A DNA stretch of 64,000 bases from Fistulifera solaris (lineage: Eukaryota): contig AP026173.1 in NCBI GenBank assembly GCA_030295235.1, forward strand, positions 372,001-436,000, read 5' to 3'. Below, in pieces: positions 34,095 through 48,010 of the stretch. Within the stretch, counting starts at the first letter, position 1; each line of letters starts with the position of its first letter. A program made the position numbers and the translations under genes. A model generated the notes under the pieces. The model did no database searches. It was not told where the DNA came from and saw only the letters and a program-made list of their open reading frames with translations.

Positions 34095-36421
34095 ATGTCA
34101 GAAGAATCAACACTATTTATATTATACGGGTCAGCGACGGGCAACGCCGAACACATTGCTAAAGATCTTGCCGCGAGACCCAACACATATTTTGACAAAG
34201 TTCTTTGTTTCGAACTCGATCAATTCAAACGAAAATGTCAACCTACTTGGGAAAAGGAGACAACTACCAAACATGCGGTCCTAATAGTCACTTCCACTAC
34301 CGGCAATGGTGATGCACCGGAGAACGCATCACGGTTTGTCCGATACATTAAGCGCAGTCAAACGGTCGATGAAAAACCATTTCGGCACGTCGCTTATGCC
34401 GTTTTAGGACTTGGCGATACCAACTACGATCAGTTTTGTCAATGTGCAAAAGTGATTGACAAAAAATTACTGGAGTTGGGTGGAACTCGTATCAGGCCTT
34501 TGACGTGCGCTGATGAGGCCACTGGCCTGGAAGAGGCCGTCGAACCGTGGACTGAACGAATTCTAGACGAGATTGCCGCTGCTTGTCGAGGGTCTAATTG
34601 CAGTACTGAGGAAGTAAAGGAAGAATCAAAAGAAGCTATACAAGAAAAAGAAGTTGACCAGACATTAACTGTGGAGAACGGTGCGCGCGAGTTGAAGTTT
34701 TCCGATGGCGTCGCGACGGTGCGCGCACTCATTGGTTTGGAAAACAGATCTCAACCCATCTGGATACCCGACACAAAGTATTTACCTTCACTCACTGCGA
34801 GTCGCTCCTGTGAGTTGTTGGTACCCAGGAAAGAGTCAACTGATTTTTCGTGTTCGGATTCCCTCACGACCACGAGTTCAGGGCTGCACTACACTATGAA
34901 ACATCCCTTTGAATCGACCCCCTTGAAAGCACGTTATTTGACCAATACTTCGACAAAAGCTGCTGAAGAAGCAACTGGCTTGCTGGAGTTCACAGAAGAA
35001 GCTGAAATGTTTTCGGATGAAAGCTTGCTGAAAGCCTCAAAAGTCTTCGAATCGCATTTTTCGTTATCGCCCGAGGACGATTCTTGTACACGTGAGCAGC
35101 GTGATCGAAACGGAAAGCGTGTCATAGAGTTGTCGCTAGCTCTACCCGACGATTACACGCTCGAATATGCCCCGGGTGACTCGTTGGGTCTGCTAGTCGA
35201 AAACACCCCAGAAACTGTACTGTTTGTTATTGATATGCTTCAAAAGAATCACGGCATTCATTCAAACCAGCAAGTATCAATCGACGAGGGTAGAGCTGTT
35301 ACTGTGGAAGAAGTAGCTCGTAGTCATTTCGATTTGTGCTCACCTGTCAAGAGCAAGAGAATACTTTTTGGCCTGTCCCAATTTGCGACGAACGATGAGG
35401 AAAGGGTGGCTTTGCAGTTTTTGTCATCGAAAACTACCGAGGGTGATCGGATCTTCAAGTCGTTTGTCGACGAACAGCGCTTGAACGTTGTTGATCTTCT
35501 ACGAGAGTTCCCATCGACGCAAGGGATTTCAATGCAGGGATTGTTTGGGATGTTGCCGGCCCTACCACCTCGTTATTATTCTGTCTGTTCCAGTCCTTTG
35601 AAGAATTCCACGAGCGTAACCATTGCTTTTTCCGTCGTAGATTATATAACTCCGTCATTGAAGATTTATGGAAGAGAGCGAGGATTGCGACGAATCGGAG
35701 GGGTTGCTACAAGATTTTTAGAAACAGTGTGTTCGCCCTTGCTCTGTTCGTCAGGCAAATTTACATCGAATGAAATCTTCCTTAAGATCTTCCCGAAGCC
35801 GACAGCTGAGTTCCGCATGCCCAAAGCTCTTTCGACCCCACTCATACTCATTGGTCCGGGAACGGGTATAGCCCCGTTTATGGGATTTTTGGCTCATCGG
35901 CGTGCACTGACGCAATTGTCGGAAGATCACGCTACTCCGGCGGCGCAAACGGTGGTGGAGGGCATGTGGCGCGGAGGATACGACGTCAGGGAGAAGGATT
36001 TGTCGATACACAGTACACACGATTTGTTGGAGTCCATTCCCGGAGAGAATCGAGTTGGTTCTGTCGATCTTTTTTTCGGCTGCCGTCATGCGGATCATGA
36101 TTGGTTATACCGAAAAGAAATGGAATACTTGCTTGATGAAAAGATTCTATCGGCGTTACACACTGCTTTTTCCCGTGACAGACCCAACAAAGTCTACGTC
36201 CAAGACAAATTTTTGAAGGTGAAACCTCGGAACGACTGCTGAGTTTGATCACCGAACAAAACGCGTCAATCTACGTTTGTGGAGACGGAAACGCCATGGC
36301 GAGAGACGTCAAGGACGCTATTGTGAAACTTTTGAGTCAAAAGATGGGCGTCGAAGACGCCTCAAATTATTTAGAAGCTATGAAGAAGCAGAATCGATTT
36401 GTCCTTGACATTTGGAGCTGA
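34095..36421 (+). CDS. MTRR: Methionine synthase reductase-like diflavin oxidoreductase
   Basis: Flavodoxin ILYGSATGNAE, STTGNGDAP, LGLGDTNY; FAD motif PRYYS; GPGTGIAPF, FFGCR, YVCGD; ends LDIWS*. No N-terminal membrane anchor. One frameshift near 36210. Confidence 0.8.
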
Positions 36422-36497
36422 GGATTAGGCCTTCAATGCTAAGACTAAATATCTACTTATTCTCTACAATATCGTCTTGACATCAAAATGAAATTCT

Positions 36498-37024
36498 CTA
36501 CACTAGATCATGATCGGGCGCACCTTTGTCGTTGATGGTGTGCCACTCGCCCTCCGCTGCCTTTTCCAGTGTCAAAATGATACGGTTCGGCTTCAAGCGA
36601 AAGGATGCGCTTGTAATTTCGCCGGAGAGTTTCCCAAAACTGAGACATTGATCTTCCGTCTTGAAGTTTCGCACTACAAGCGAAAGGGAATGTTGCGTAA
36701 ATTCTAGCGAAACATCGTCAGTCGTGCATTTCTCCCCTATTCCTTCCATATCAATAAAAGTTTCACTTTCATCCCATCATCTAGAAACGCATACTTGGTA
36801 ATGTTGCTTTTGTGATAATGAAAGGATGAAGTTGCAGTTGCGGGTTGACTACCAGTCGATGATTGCTTGGAGAGGAGGCGTGGCTCTGCTTTCCCATCCC
36901 ATGATGGGCCATTTGCCTTGTGCGAATGAGCAAAGTAATAGGCGTTCTTGCCCTTTCGCTCAATATTTTCCTGCAGGGCCGATTTCCTGAGTTCCTGTTC
37001 ACTTGAGGCAACTTGTTCCGTCAT
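36498..37024 (-). CDS. CS-domain (p23/CacyBP-like) co-chaperone
   Basis: ITKYAFLDDGMKVKL...LEFTQHSLSL...KLSGEI...KPNRIILTLEK...W; one frameshift near 36755. Confidence 0.75.
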
Positions 37025-37433
37025 GGCTTCTTGTTCTCTTTATCGAACGGTAAGTGAATAATGACAAGAGATCAACGAGCTGGTGGTCATTATTGTGGCT
37101 GTTTCTCGCGATCGCGATGGGAGAAAAGCAATAAGAAAGAGAAAAATAGCGTGACGTAGGTCGCTTACACGTGTCAGAATGTGTGGAAACCGCTTCGACG
37201 TTAGGCGTGAAGCTAGGGAGAGTAATAAGGAAATGCGAAAAATAGTCGGACCAGACATAGTCTTCCTAATTAGCTGAGGTATCACCGAACAATACTGATG
37301 GTCTACGATTGATCTAGACGAGAGCAACAAATAATACGGATGTGCAAAGACTCTCCCAAACTCCAACAAAAGGACAACATGGAACACGTAGGACCTTGTA
37401 AAGCATTGAGTAGGAAAATACTTATTGAGCCTA

Positions 37434-38950
37434 TTAGTCTAATCTATGTACACCATTATCTTCTCTCTCTTGAAGTTCGTGCACGAGAACATCCTGCGAA
37501 TACAAGTCGCTTCCGTAGGCAAGGCGGTCCGTCCCCTTCACCATTGTATGGCTGTCTCTTTGCGATAGCGAAAGCACTCGAGCAAAACACAATATTGAGG
37601 CAACGCTGGTACCGATTACGATACAACCAAGTAGTCCAATATCATGGTAGGTACCATCTTGATACGCAACACAAAATGACCCCGCTGAGGTCGTGCTTGG
37701 TACGCAAGCGAGTCGACTCATTAGAATGTAAGCAACGGAACCAGCTAAACCATTCTGCAATGTAATATTTGTGAAAGCAGCATCCGTATCTCGTGGAAAG
37801 AGATCCGCAAATACGGCCTTGAACGGGCCTTCGAATGCAGCTCGGCCCACGCCGTGAATAGAGTAGATGAACAAAACGTGCCCCCACCCCCAATTGTTCT
37901 CGACATCCGGTTCAACAAAAAACGGCACGGCCACAAACGCAAATGCCAACGAACCGAGAAATAGCGCAGGTGCTTTGGAGGTCATTCGAGAATAGCACAG
38001 CGATACAAGAGCTGCTGTTATGCCGTGAATCGCGACAAGGACGCCCACGAAGGAAGAGTCATGATAGACTTTGGGGACTACTTGACCCGAAATAAACGAA
38101 TTCAAGTACGCCCCCGCAAATCCAAAAGCAGCATTGAAGCCAATCATGTATTTAGTGCGAGAATCTGTGATCAAAAGATTCACCGTTCCCAAGGCCTTCG
38201 AGCAGCCAGTACTCTGTCTGCTTTCCAGATCATGTCTTGGATAGATTGGCACCGCCGTTGTAAGAATTGTTGCGATGATTGTTAGAATTGTGTAGAGCAG
38301 AAAAACAAGAGTCCATGGCACCCCCGCTTTCACCAAAACCGTTGCAAGAACGTCCACGAGCGTCTCTTCCACTAAAAAGGAAAAAGCGAATACACCTGCC
38401 AATCGGCTAGTTGACTCTTCGATCGTCCGTCCACTTTGATCGCAATAGACTTGCGTAGCTTCTGCAAAGTAGACACCTTGGGCGGTCCAAAACATCGATG
38501 CACCGATGCCGCCGAGTCCGGCCCCCAGCCACGCTGAGATTTCCGCGGAACGTTTGGAGGTGTGTACGAGCATGGAAGCCATCCAAAACAAGGCGATATA
38601 ACCACCAAACAGAAGCTGTCCCACGACTATAGCACCATGGGAACCTATTTTTGAATTAATAATGTTGTTGCGCCGATCAAGGAAAAGAAAGTATAGGTTG
38701 CGTAAAGAATTCCGCTTTGCCGGGCTCCGATAGTCCCCAGTTGAGCTGTTGCCAGAGCGAGACAGGCAAGCGCACTTGCTGGTACCGCCGCGCAACATAT
38801 GGACAAACGCACGAACTGATAGTAGACATGTTCACTTTGTGACCACCGTTGGTGGTCTTCTGAGTCAATGGAAAGTGTTTCCAGTGGAAGCCGCTCGAGT
38901 TCCGTTGTGTTCCTCTCATCTTCCACTTGCAATGAGCTCCGAGCAGTCAT
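37434..38950 (-). CDS. UNC-93-like MFS membrane protein (frameshifted near the 5' end)
   Basis: GILYATYTF, LGGIGASMFWTAQGVY and about 12 hydrophobic segments across overlapping ORF pieces. Confidence 0.75.
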
Positions 38951-39272
38951 TCGAACGAGATGACTGTGAGCAAACAATGGCGATTATACTTGACATTAGC
39001 AGATTTGAAGGTTTTACCAAATTCAAATTGAAAGACCTAATGCACTTGCACTGCAAATCTAATTGCGATAAATTTTGTTGAAACATAAACGCAAAACCTA
39101 CTGTAGTATGTTTGCCCATTTTCTATTAACCTTAAGTGCTTACATTCGAGCTATGAACCTCGTAAGGCTACTATAAACAATCACGAGTTTTTTTTTTCGA
39201 AGATCATCATAAGGTTAGCTAGGGCGGCTGTTCATAGTCATGAAAAGAAGCCGTTTACAGCCAGCGTTACTT

Positions 39273-42200
39273 CTAGACAAAGCTGTGACTTTGCAGGGTG
39301 GATGCGCCGTGAATGTTGGCATCCGCCAGACTTGAACCAGATAAGGTGAGCGTACCGCATTCCTCTCCTGCCAAGATCCAGAACAAGTTTTGCGGTCCCG
39401 CACTTTGCAATTGATCATCCCACCATCGGTTGATCAGCTTGCGTTCCTGTTGATTCATCGATTTCAAACGTACTGTAGCTCCGCTGTCGTGGTAAACTAT
39501 TTCCCCGTCATCGGATATTGTCTCGGTCGGGGCGCCATCGGGCGAACCAAGCTGCGCCGGTGGGAAGGGTTGCTCTGGGCGCGCTCTAGGATTTGACCGT
39601 AAACAAGGTTGAAGATATGCATTCCGAAACGGGTCGTGACATCCAATTAGCGTCCCAGGGTCGCCTGCTTGTCGTGGAGAACGAGGATCGCGCGCGTTTG
39701 TATTTTGCTGTTGTTCTTCGTGTTGCAGGCTGATATCCATGACGGTCGCAACTTCCAACGGAAGTGTTGAGCTGGTAGCATCATACCTCGCTCGAGTCGA
39801 GCGAAGGAAAGTATATGTTAGAAAGATCAAGAATATTGTTGCGTAGGCCTCATGCTTTGCACCTTTCAGAATGAACTGTCCTGTAATGGTCATTTGAGCA
39901 ATGACGAGACCAAAGACAAATCTGCGAAAGATTTTGGGCCAAAACTGCCCGCCGCTTTCGAACACGCTCTCATAAACATAGAGGTGATGATGAGTCCACA
40001 TGATACGCGAAAAAAGGCAAAAAAGAATGCATGGTAACAGCACCAGTGGTGCAATGACGGCAAAGACGACACTGATGACCACAACCAACATGTCTTGAGC
40101 CAAGATCTTATGAAACGGGAACCAGCCAGGATCGTCAATCGACCTACAACCCAGAAAAGGATCGCGTCGAGCCCGCAGTGTGGCGGACGGGAACACGATG
40201 TAGCGCGCTGCGGCCTGCAAGAGGGCCACCAATCGAACCAGTTCCATTCCGAGTCCGAGAAAAGTCTTGATCGTCACAAACGTAATGAAGAAAGAAGATA
40301 AATGAGGGAGCGCGTTACCAAGACGCAGAAACGCTGATTCCGGGTTGACGACAATCAAGGCAACTGTGTCGAAAATGGTAGATGAGATGGTCGTTACCAA
40401 GAACACGTTTAGAACCTGAAAGAAAAAGTATCTTGAGAACGCCCGCATTTGAACTTCGCTGTACGAAGTCATGCCTTCCATTCTGCCTATAGCCATGAAT
40501 AAAGGAGGCTGAAGTTGCTGGAGTCCCACGATGCACAGGGGCTGCACCATTTGAATACCAGCAGAAAACAGAGCTGAAGCACCATGAAGCTGGGCGAGTC
40601 GCGGGGAGGAAGTGACCAGTGCCTTTTCACTGACAAACATCGAAACAATAGCAACTGGCACCACGTAAAAACAAATGATAAGATAGACAAGGAAGTCGCC
40701 AAGGATAGAACGTGTTCGATGCGCTCCTTTGGAGACGTAGATGTTTTCCCATAATACGTCTCGTGGTTCGGGGGCTGTCGTAACTTGCATAGACCCAGGC
40801 TTGGAAGAGTGCATGGATTGGATTGCGACTGTTGCTGCAGTAAAAGTTCTCATTACAACAAAGGCTTTGTCAGTTACTTCATTGATGTGATCTTCAATTT
40901 TGTCCTGATTCGTAGATTCTCCTGTGGACAGGATCGGTCTCCCCAAAAAGGACATATCTTTGTTAAATCGCCCGTATCGTTTTAGAGCTTGTTTCGCATT
41001 CGCCAAGGAATTGACTTTTGCTTTTTTGCTCGACTCTGGCTGCCCTGTGTAAATTCCTTTGCTTTCCATTTCCAAATCGGCTGGGCTTCTCGACCTCAAG
41101 CGACTGACAACATTTTCATCTGGTAGCACGGAATACATAGCCGAGGTGTCTACTTCGTCGGCTTGTCCTTCGTTCCCTTCCTCGATGGTGGCTGGGGCGT
41201 TTTTCTGTGATAAGCCCAACAGTCTGCGTTGTTTTGGATCATCCGTGACGAACGGCGACGCTAAAACGTAATCGATGTCGTTGGCGCCTTCACCTGCTTC
41301 CATCTTATCCAGCATCTTCATCACGCGACTACGCCGCCTTTGTTCTCTTTCAATCTCGTTGTTGAGTTCCTCCAATTGCGAGTACAGTCTCACCAATCGT
41401 TCCTGGGTGCCTTCCGCGACGCCACATTCCTCCAATCGACTCGGCAGCGTTGCCAAGAATTTCTTCCACATGGATGGCTCGTATAATTTCTTCTTTTCAT
41501 TCCGACACAAAAGTAGGAGCTCGTGTTCCAAGCTTGCCAGAATGGCGGTTCTTTGTTGGACCAGGCGCTCCAAATCGGTACAATTTTGACACATGAAAAC
41601 GGACCGCACCGCATCTGGATATACGTGCTTGAAGTAATTCGTAATTTTCTTCGGCGATCGCAAATGACGGGGAATATTGGTTACCAACACCGTCCGCAAA
41701 TGTGGTTCTCGATTGAGCAGATACAAGTGCCGAATGGAGTTGAATGTCTCATATTCGACTAAAAGTTCCCTCACCACGATACCGGTCAGCAAGTATGCCG
41801 CGAAACAATGCACCCATAGACGCGGAGATCCCGCACTGACGTTGGCCATGGTGAAGCGCATGAAATCGGTGACCAGAATTTTTCCGACGTGCAGATCGAG
41901 CACATTGCTGCCCGTGTAATTGAGCGGCAAGAGGACCACAAAAGAGAATAGCGACATTTTAACGATACATCGCAGTGCGAGTCTATGGAAGCGAAGAAAA
42001 ATGAGGGAATCGTAGCCAATGCGGTTAATGATTTCTTCGTCGGAAAGGAACAGCATGACGCGGACCCAACTGAAGTAGCCCTCGACTGGCAGAGGGGGGA
42101 GGGACGAGTTTGGGAAGGCGGTGTCTCCGTGGTGATATGAAGAGGGGAGAAGTCTTTTGACTGTGGTAGAAGCAGGATAAGAATATTAAGAAAACCGCTG

Positions 42201-42503
42201 ACAGTGTCAGATAAAGCACCAATAGCGTCGCAAACGTCATGCTCGTAGCCCGGTAGGAACTTTCTGAGATGTATTCATTGGTAATATAGTCTGGTAATAA
42301 GGATAGTCTTCTGTGTTCTATGGAAAATGCGGGTTTATTGCGGAGGCGTTTTCCTCTTCCTCAACGGGGCCAAATGCTGCGACAATCAGTGGCTCGAACG
42401 TTTGCATAAAGAGCCGTTTTCGAAAGTCGACAAAATGAATCATCCATTGTGGGGCTGATGTGCTGTCTGTGGTATTTATCAGCATATCGTTTAACCAGTC
42501 CAT
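39273..42503 (-). CDS. OSCA/CSC1/TMEM63-family mechanosensitive channel (start uncertain)
   Basis: IGYDSLIFLRF, LLPLNYTG, TMANV, LWVH, TVLVTNIP, APEPRDVLWEN, FFFQVLNVFLV, FAVIAPL, YVY...ESGGQFWP. Frameshifts near 42070 and 42330. Confidence 0.92.
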
Positions 42504-42900
42504 TTTGTCAAGTCTACGACCGATTGCGCCGAAAACAATATTAAGGTCAAATGCAATGAAAGAGATGAAGGATAAGAAGAAGTGGCAATAGGTCGTCGAC
42601 GGCGAAAATGGTTGCACCGCTTGCGCTTTTTTCATCTTTCATTTTTGCTTCGTCTGCGCATCCATCAGTCGGTTGCATCCAATGATCCGGTACTCCAACA
42701 AGTTGTTTTGTACTGTCATAGCGTGAACCAACGGATAGTTAACAGACACTATAGGTACTTCTGGCTTCATAGTAAAAGGTGCGTGAAACGTGAGAGCCGG
42801 ACGAAGGACGGTGCCGAGGTGATTGGTGGAAAATGAGAAAGTTGAAAAACCGTGTCAAGAAGCAATCAACTCCGCCTAAAATAATAATCACAAAGTTTCT

Positions 42901-44651
42901 ATGACTGGCAAGGCTTGTGCATCAGCTGTCGCAATGCGAAATATAAACTTTACAACATTTGTTCTCTTTTGGATGGCTCGGATGGGCACCGGGCAAAAGT
43001 CCCCGGAAGACTTCCGCGTGCACGGTCTTGCCGACATTGAGCCGGCATTTGCATCGGTGGACGGAAATATGTTCTCAGGATTGATCTCGGCGCGGGAGAA
43101 CTCAGAAGCCGAATTGTTCTTTTGGCTAATTACTAATGATTCCTCTGATTCGCTTGTTATCTGGTTCAATGGTGGCCCGGGTTGTAGTAGCATTGATGCC
43201 GGCTTTTTCTTCGAAATGGGCCCTGTCACTACGCCGTTACACCCGGCCGGTTATGACAACTTAGACCGTGGTAACGAAGCACCACTCAAGTTCAATAAAT
43301 ATACATGGGCCAATGTCTCCAACATCATGTACATTGAACAACCCGTCGGTGTCGGGTACACCCACGGAAGCCCGAAACCCCAAGATGAAGATGAAGTCGC
43401 CGCCGATTTTTACCGATTCTTGCAAAATTTCTTTGATATATTCCCCAAAATGCGCAAACAACGTCTTTTCTTGGTCGGAGAATCATATGCGGGTATGTAT
43501 GTTCCGTCCATGGCTCATTACATTCACGAAAAAGCCACGAGTGACGACCCGAAAATCAATCTCAAAGGAATTGCCCTGGGGAACGGGTGGGTGGATGCCG
43601 TCAAGCAAGGTCCTTTGGTGATTGATTATGCTTGGTGGCACGGAATGATCGATACCGTGTACCGAGATGCTTTATGGAGTGCTTGGGCGGATTGTATCAA
43701 CGGGTCGATATCGTCTCCGTTTCATAAGTTCACGGTTCCCGATGAATGTGGTATTATGGGAGCCGTGTTGGAAGCCGCCGGTGCGAAAGATGGACAGTCG
43801 CCAAACACCTACGACGTGACCACATGGGACACGTATCCGGTTTTGACAAGTGACACTGGGTACGTATATTTCTGCGGGACGAGTGCGCTCGACGTCAACC
43901 ACTTACATACTGTATTGTTGGATCACAGAACGTTTGCCAAATTTTTGAACCGACCCGAAGTCAAGGAAGCTCTCAACGTTGGTCATGTAAAGAAAGAGTG
44001 GATGGGGTGCATACCTGGGGCGGGTCGAAGGAAGCTCAGCTTACTAGACAATGATAGACCTCTCTCGATGGCGCGCTATATGGCAGATCTTTTAGACAAA
44101 ACGGATATTGATGTGTTGGTGTACAATGGAGATGACGACATGAGTACATGCTCCCAAGGTAGCGAACTTTTTCTGAATGATATGGAATGGTCCGGGCAGT
44201 CCGATTGGCTGGATCCCTCAGCGTACTCGAGGGGGCTTTGGAAGGTAAACGGAAAGGTGGCGGGTCACGCGAAATCCGTCAGAAATTTGCATTTTCTGGT
44301 GGTATATAACAGGTACGAATGGAGAGCTTGCAATGGAATAGTATTGCCAGCCTTTCTCATTTTTGCTTTGTTCGTAGTGGGCACATGGTACCCTATAATC
44401 AGCCGGTCAATTCTTACGATTTAGTAACGAGATTCACGAGAGGACGCCCTGATTATATTGATCAAGAGATCCCTTTCACATTGGATCACTATCGCAGACC
44501 AGAGAAGCAAATAGTGCCTACATCTCCTGGGCAGCCGATGTCGCACCTTGTTTCGGCAGGCATAGGATGTTTGTTTGGTGTGATGATTATGTGGATGAAG
44601 ACGAAGCGTAGCAAGCAGCAGGGATACGATCCGGTCCCTACTCACTTTTAG
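42901..44651 (+). CDS. Serine carboxypeptidase S10 (Kex1-like, C-terminal TM helix)
   Basis: WFNGGPGCSS, EQPVGVGY, GESYAG, GIALGNG, YNGDDD, SGHMVP. Introns 43860-43928 and 44313-44377. TM helix then a YDPV tail. Confidence 0.93.
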
Positions 44652-45043
44652 AAGCCTTTTGTTGTGTTGGTGTAAAACTAAAACGTATGCCTTGCGCTTC
44701 GGATCCTATTACCTACAGATAAATCTGTCGTCACAAGCAAATAACTTTATCAATTTTAAACTTACAGTTCGTACCCGATATGAAATATTCGCGATGTTGT
44801 TTGTATCAGGACAGCCCTTTCTCGATCCTTCTCCATTCATTGGAAAGCAAAATAAAAAATAACAAGGTCACTTAATCTTTGAGGGCAAAAGAATGAGTAA
44901 ATGATAGCCGCTCATCACGCGTAAGTGAGTGAGCACTAGGACCTGTTACGGCATACGTCTTTACGGAATTGTTCATGAAGAACTCAACCAAATTGGACAC
45001 GATAGAAAGCAGCTGACACAAGTTACCTGTAGTCTGCTTTCAA

Positions 45044-46998
45044 TCACTTTGTCATCCATGCCGGCAAGTTTGAGACCCTACGTTGGCTAGTCTCACGTGC
45101 TTCCGGAGCAGCCTGTTGAACCGCAACCGGAGCCGGACTGGGAGAAGGAGCTGACACAGCAGCTGCTGGTGCTTGAACTGCTGACACAGGTGCTTGAACA
45201 ATATTAGGATTCACACCGTAAGGATTGGGTGTACCTACCGGAGGTGACCACGCACCGTAGTGCTGACGAGCAGCGTCTTCGCCGTAGTAATAGCTGTATC
45301 GAAAGAATTCTTCATAATACGCATCAGGTGCAGGCTGCTGAGGGGTTGGCGCAGCCACTGCTTGTTGCTGTGTTATATGCTGTTGAGAAGGATAGTGCTG
45401 CTGCTGCTGCTGCTGACTCTGTGCATATTGTTCCTGGGCCGCTAACTGCGCAGCATGATACGCCAACCATTCCGCAGAATACTGCTCCTCGCCTTGACGA
45501 CCGTAACTTTGAAAAGTCCCTGACATGACCGGGGCGGAGGATTGAGCTTCTATAATCGACGCAATCATTTGCTGTACCGTCTCACACCCTTTCTTGCTGC
45601 CCGAAACTGTAGCAATCCGAAATGTTTCGCCGGGGGTTGGATAGGAAGGGATTTGAATACGAGTGCCGCTCTTACCTTGCATCTCGCGAATGACACAGCC
45701 TTGTCGTCCTATACACAAGCCTACGTCTTTGTCGGGAATCTGCAGAATTGTGTCAATTACGAAAGCAAGCGACCTGTACTAGTGTGCAAAACCGGCTAAA
45801 TACTCACCTGTATTTGAATTGTGATTTGTTCTTCCCCACTTCCATAACTGGGCATGTTCTTGAGCAAACTTTCGATTCTTTCTTTGGCAGCCAAAGCACC
45901 AGCTTTGTCGGGATGCGTTATGCTGATGGTTCGTTTTGTCGCATCATTGACATCCGCCGATGGCGGTACTTGAATATTGGCACCCGTTTGCTCCTGAATC
46001 GCTTTGATGGTAGCTCCACCCTTGCCAATGACCAAACCAACATCCGCATCGGGAACTTGTACTGTCACCAACGCGTGACCCGCGTCCAACGCTTCCTTCA
46101 ACAAACGCTCATCTTTACTCAACGATACACCAAAGGCCGATGCCTTTTCGCGCACCATTTTCATGATAATTTCTCGGCATTCGTCAATCGCCTGTTGCGT
46201 CGGTGCCGATAACGTAATTGTTCGTTGCGTTTGCCCGGGCTGCAATTCGTGCTCTTTTTGAATCTGAACTTTGGCTCCGGTGCGAGCCTGCATGGAAGCA
46301 ATGTTTTCTCCCCCGCGCCCAATAATGAATCCGACGACTCCGTTGGGTACCAAGACATCTTCATCGATCCAATCACCACCATCCGTCGGCAAATTCGCCT
46401 GCCCAATCAATTGCGCCACCGACGCGGGTCGATACGATGACGATGCATTCCTTACCACCGCCAAGGCACGACTTTGGTCGACGATGGCGTCCGGATCTTC
46501 GGGAGGTACCAAGGGCGGTTCCTGTTCCGCCTGTTGGAGCAGTACATCGAGTGACAAATCCACTTGATCGATGAGAGTCTTGTCACTCCCCGACAGAACA
46601 ATGTGCAATGGCTGCTCGGGAACTCCCGGTAGTGGTGGTTGATCGGAGGCTCCTCGTCCTTGTAGTTCGACAGTGACACCCGGATACTGCAATTTGTCTT
46701 CCAGAAACAGCCGAAAGTGCTTGGGAGGTCGTTCTCGGGTGGTCTTGATCCAGATTCGTTTTTGAATCGTTTCGTCGGCGTCATTCGGTTTGCTTTGTAC
46801 TGTCGACGAGAGCTTGGCCGCTACGAGTCGTGCCATTTCCAAGGGAGCTTGTGGTTCCTCCGCCGTCAAACCCCAGCGACTGCGTTTCCGCGATGACGAT
46901 CCTTCGGAGGACGAAGTAGGATCCGCGCCCGTGAGGCGCGCTGCGATCATCTTGGCTCGTTCCAGCGCTTCTTCCGCTGATACTTTCTGATCTGACAT
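45044..46998 (-). CDS. Multi-KH-domain RNA-binding protein (FUBP/KHSRP-like)
   Basis: Three KH motifs VGFIIGRGGE, VGLVIGKGGA and VGLCIGRQG. Intron 45740-45807. Tyr/Gln-rich tail (YSAEWLAY) ending NLPAWMTK. Confidence 0.9.
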
Positions 46999-47350
46999 GA
47001 TTCAACTCAAGAGGGGTCTGCTTTTGTTGTTTATTCGTTTGTGAGCGTCTCATCAAGGAAAGATAAGCCAGGGTCGCTTCTGTTGTTGGCCATCAATGCG
47101 TTTTCATTGCTTGGCTAGTTCGACGTCAGAGGTACGGCCACGTAGCTTTCCATACTTATGCGGTCTGTAATGGTACGCATCTATCTGCCCGGCGTATAAT
47201 GCTTTTCCGAAAAAATGCGTAATACGGAGTACTTTTTAGTTGCATCGCAAGAAAATATTGCAGAGGAGCCATTTAATAAGAAAAAACGCAGTAGACTTCA
47301 TTTTACTCACCAAAAGCGTTTCATTGACTCAAAAAAAGGATTACTGGAAC

Positions 47351-47741
47351 ATGTCGGTAAGTGACTTGGGATCGAAATCGTTATTTGCGCGAAGGGCCGT
47401 TTTCTGACCCCATGGCATGGAATTCTTTTTCGTTTCAATGTTTCAAAGGAATCGGTCGAGATGCTCGAAAAACGCATTCAAGCCCTGGAAGTGGGATCGC
47501 AATACGAATCGACCAAACGAGCGGTACAAAATGTCGAAAAGCAACATCTCGAAACACTTCGTCAGATCAAGGCGGCTCTTTTGAACGAAACGGGAAGCCC
47601 ATCTTCGTCCAAAGAGGTAGAACGGTTGATGAAAGAGAATGAAGAATTGAAAAGAAGAATGCGAAACTGGAGTATCGTGTCAATCATATGGCAACCTGTA
47701 TGGAAGAGCTTTATGAGCGGAATAAGCAACTTCGTGCGTAA
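47351..47741 (+). CDS. Small coiled-coil protein (~100 aa)
   Basis: ATGTCG|intron 47357-47448|ESVEMLEKRIQALE; after one frameshift near 47658 it reads ENEELKRxNAKLEYRVNHM...LRA*. Confidence 0.65.
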
Positions 47742-48010
47742 CTCGATTGCGCTCGGGAGTATTTTACTTTTTTTTGTTACGAAGCTTACTTGGAGGAGTG
47801 CCGTTGTGCTTCATGACGCCTTTATGTTCGGGGATCAAAGTTGCAGTTGCGCCTTCTTTCAGAATAATTGCAAAACGAAACTAAAGTCTTCAGTCGCTGA
47901 ATGATTCTCTCAGTAGTCAGGTTCTTTATAATCATTCTTAAAGAGACTAAGTCCGAAAGACTGTGAGGTACGAGTGCCTTGTAACTAGTATTTGCATTTA
48001 GCATCCGGAG

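Noticed and set aside
44909..44940. Hairpin GCTCA-TCAC...GTGA-G-TGAGC followed by CTAG between convergent genes
   Set aside because: Short and imperfect, with no supporting element features.
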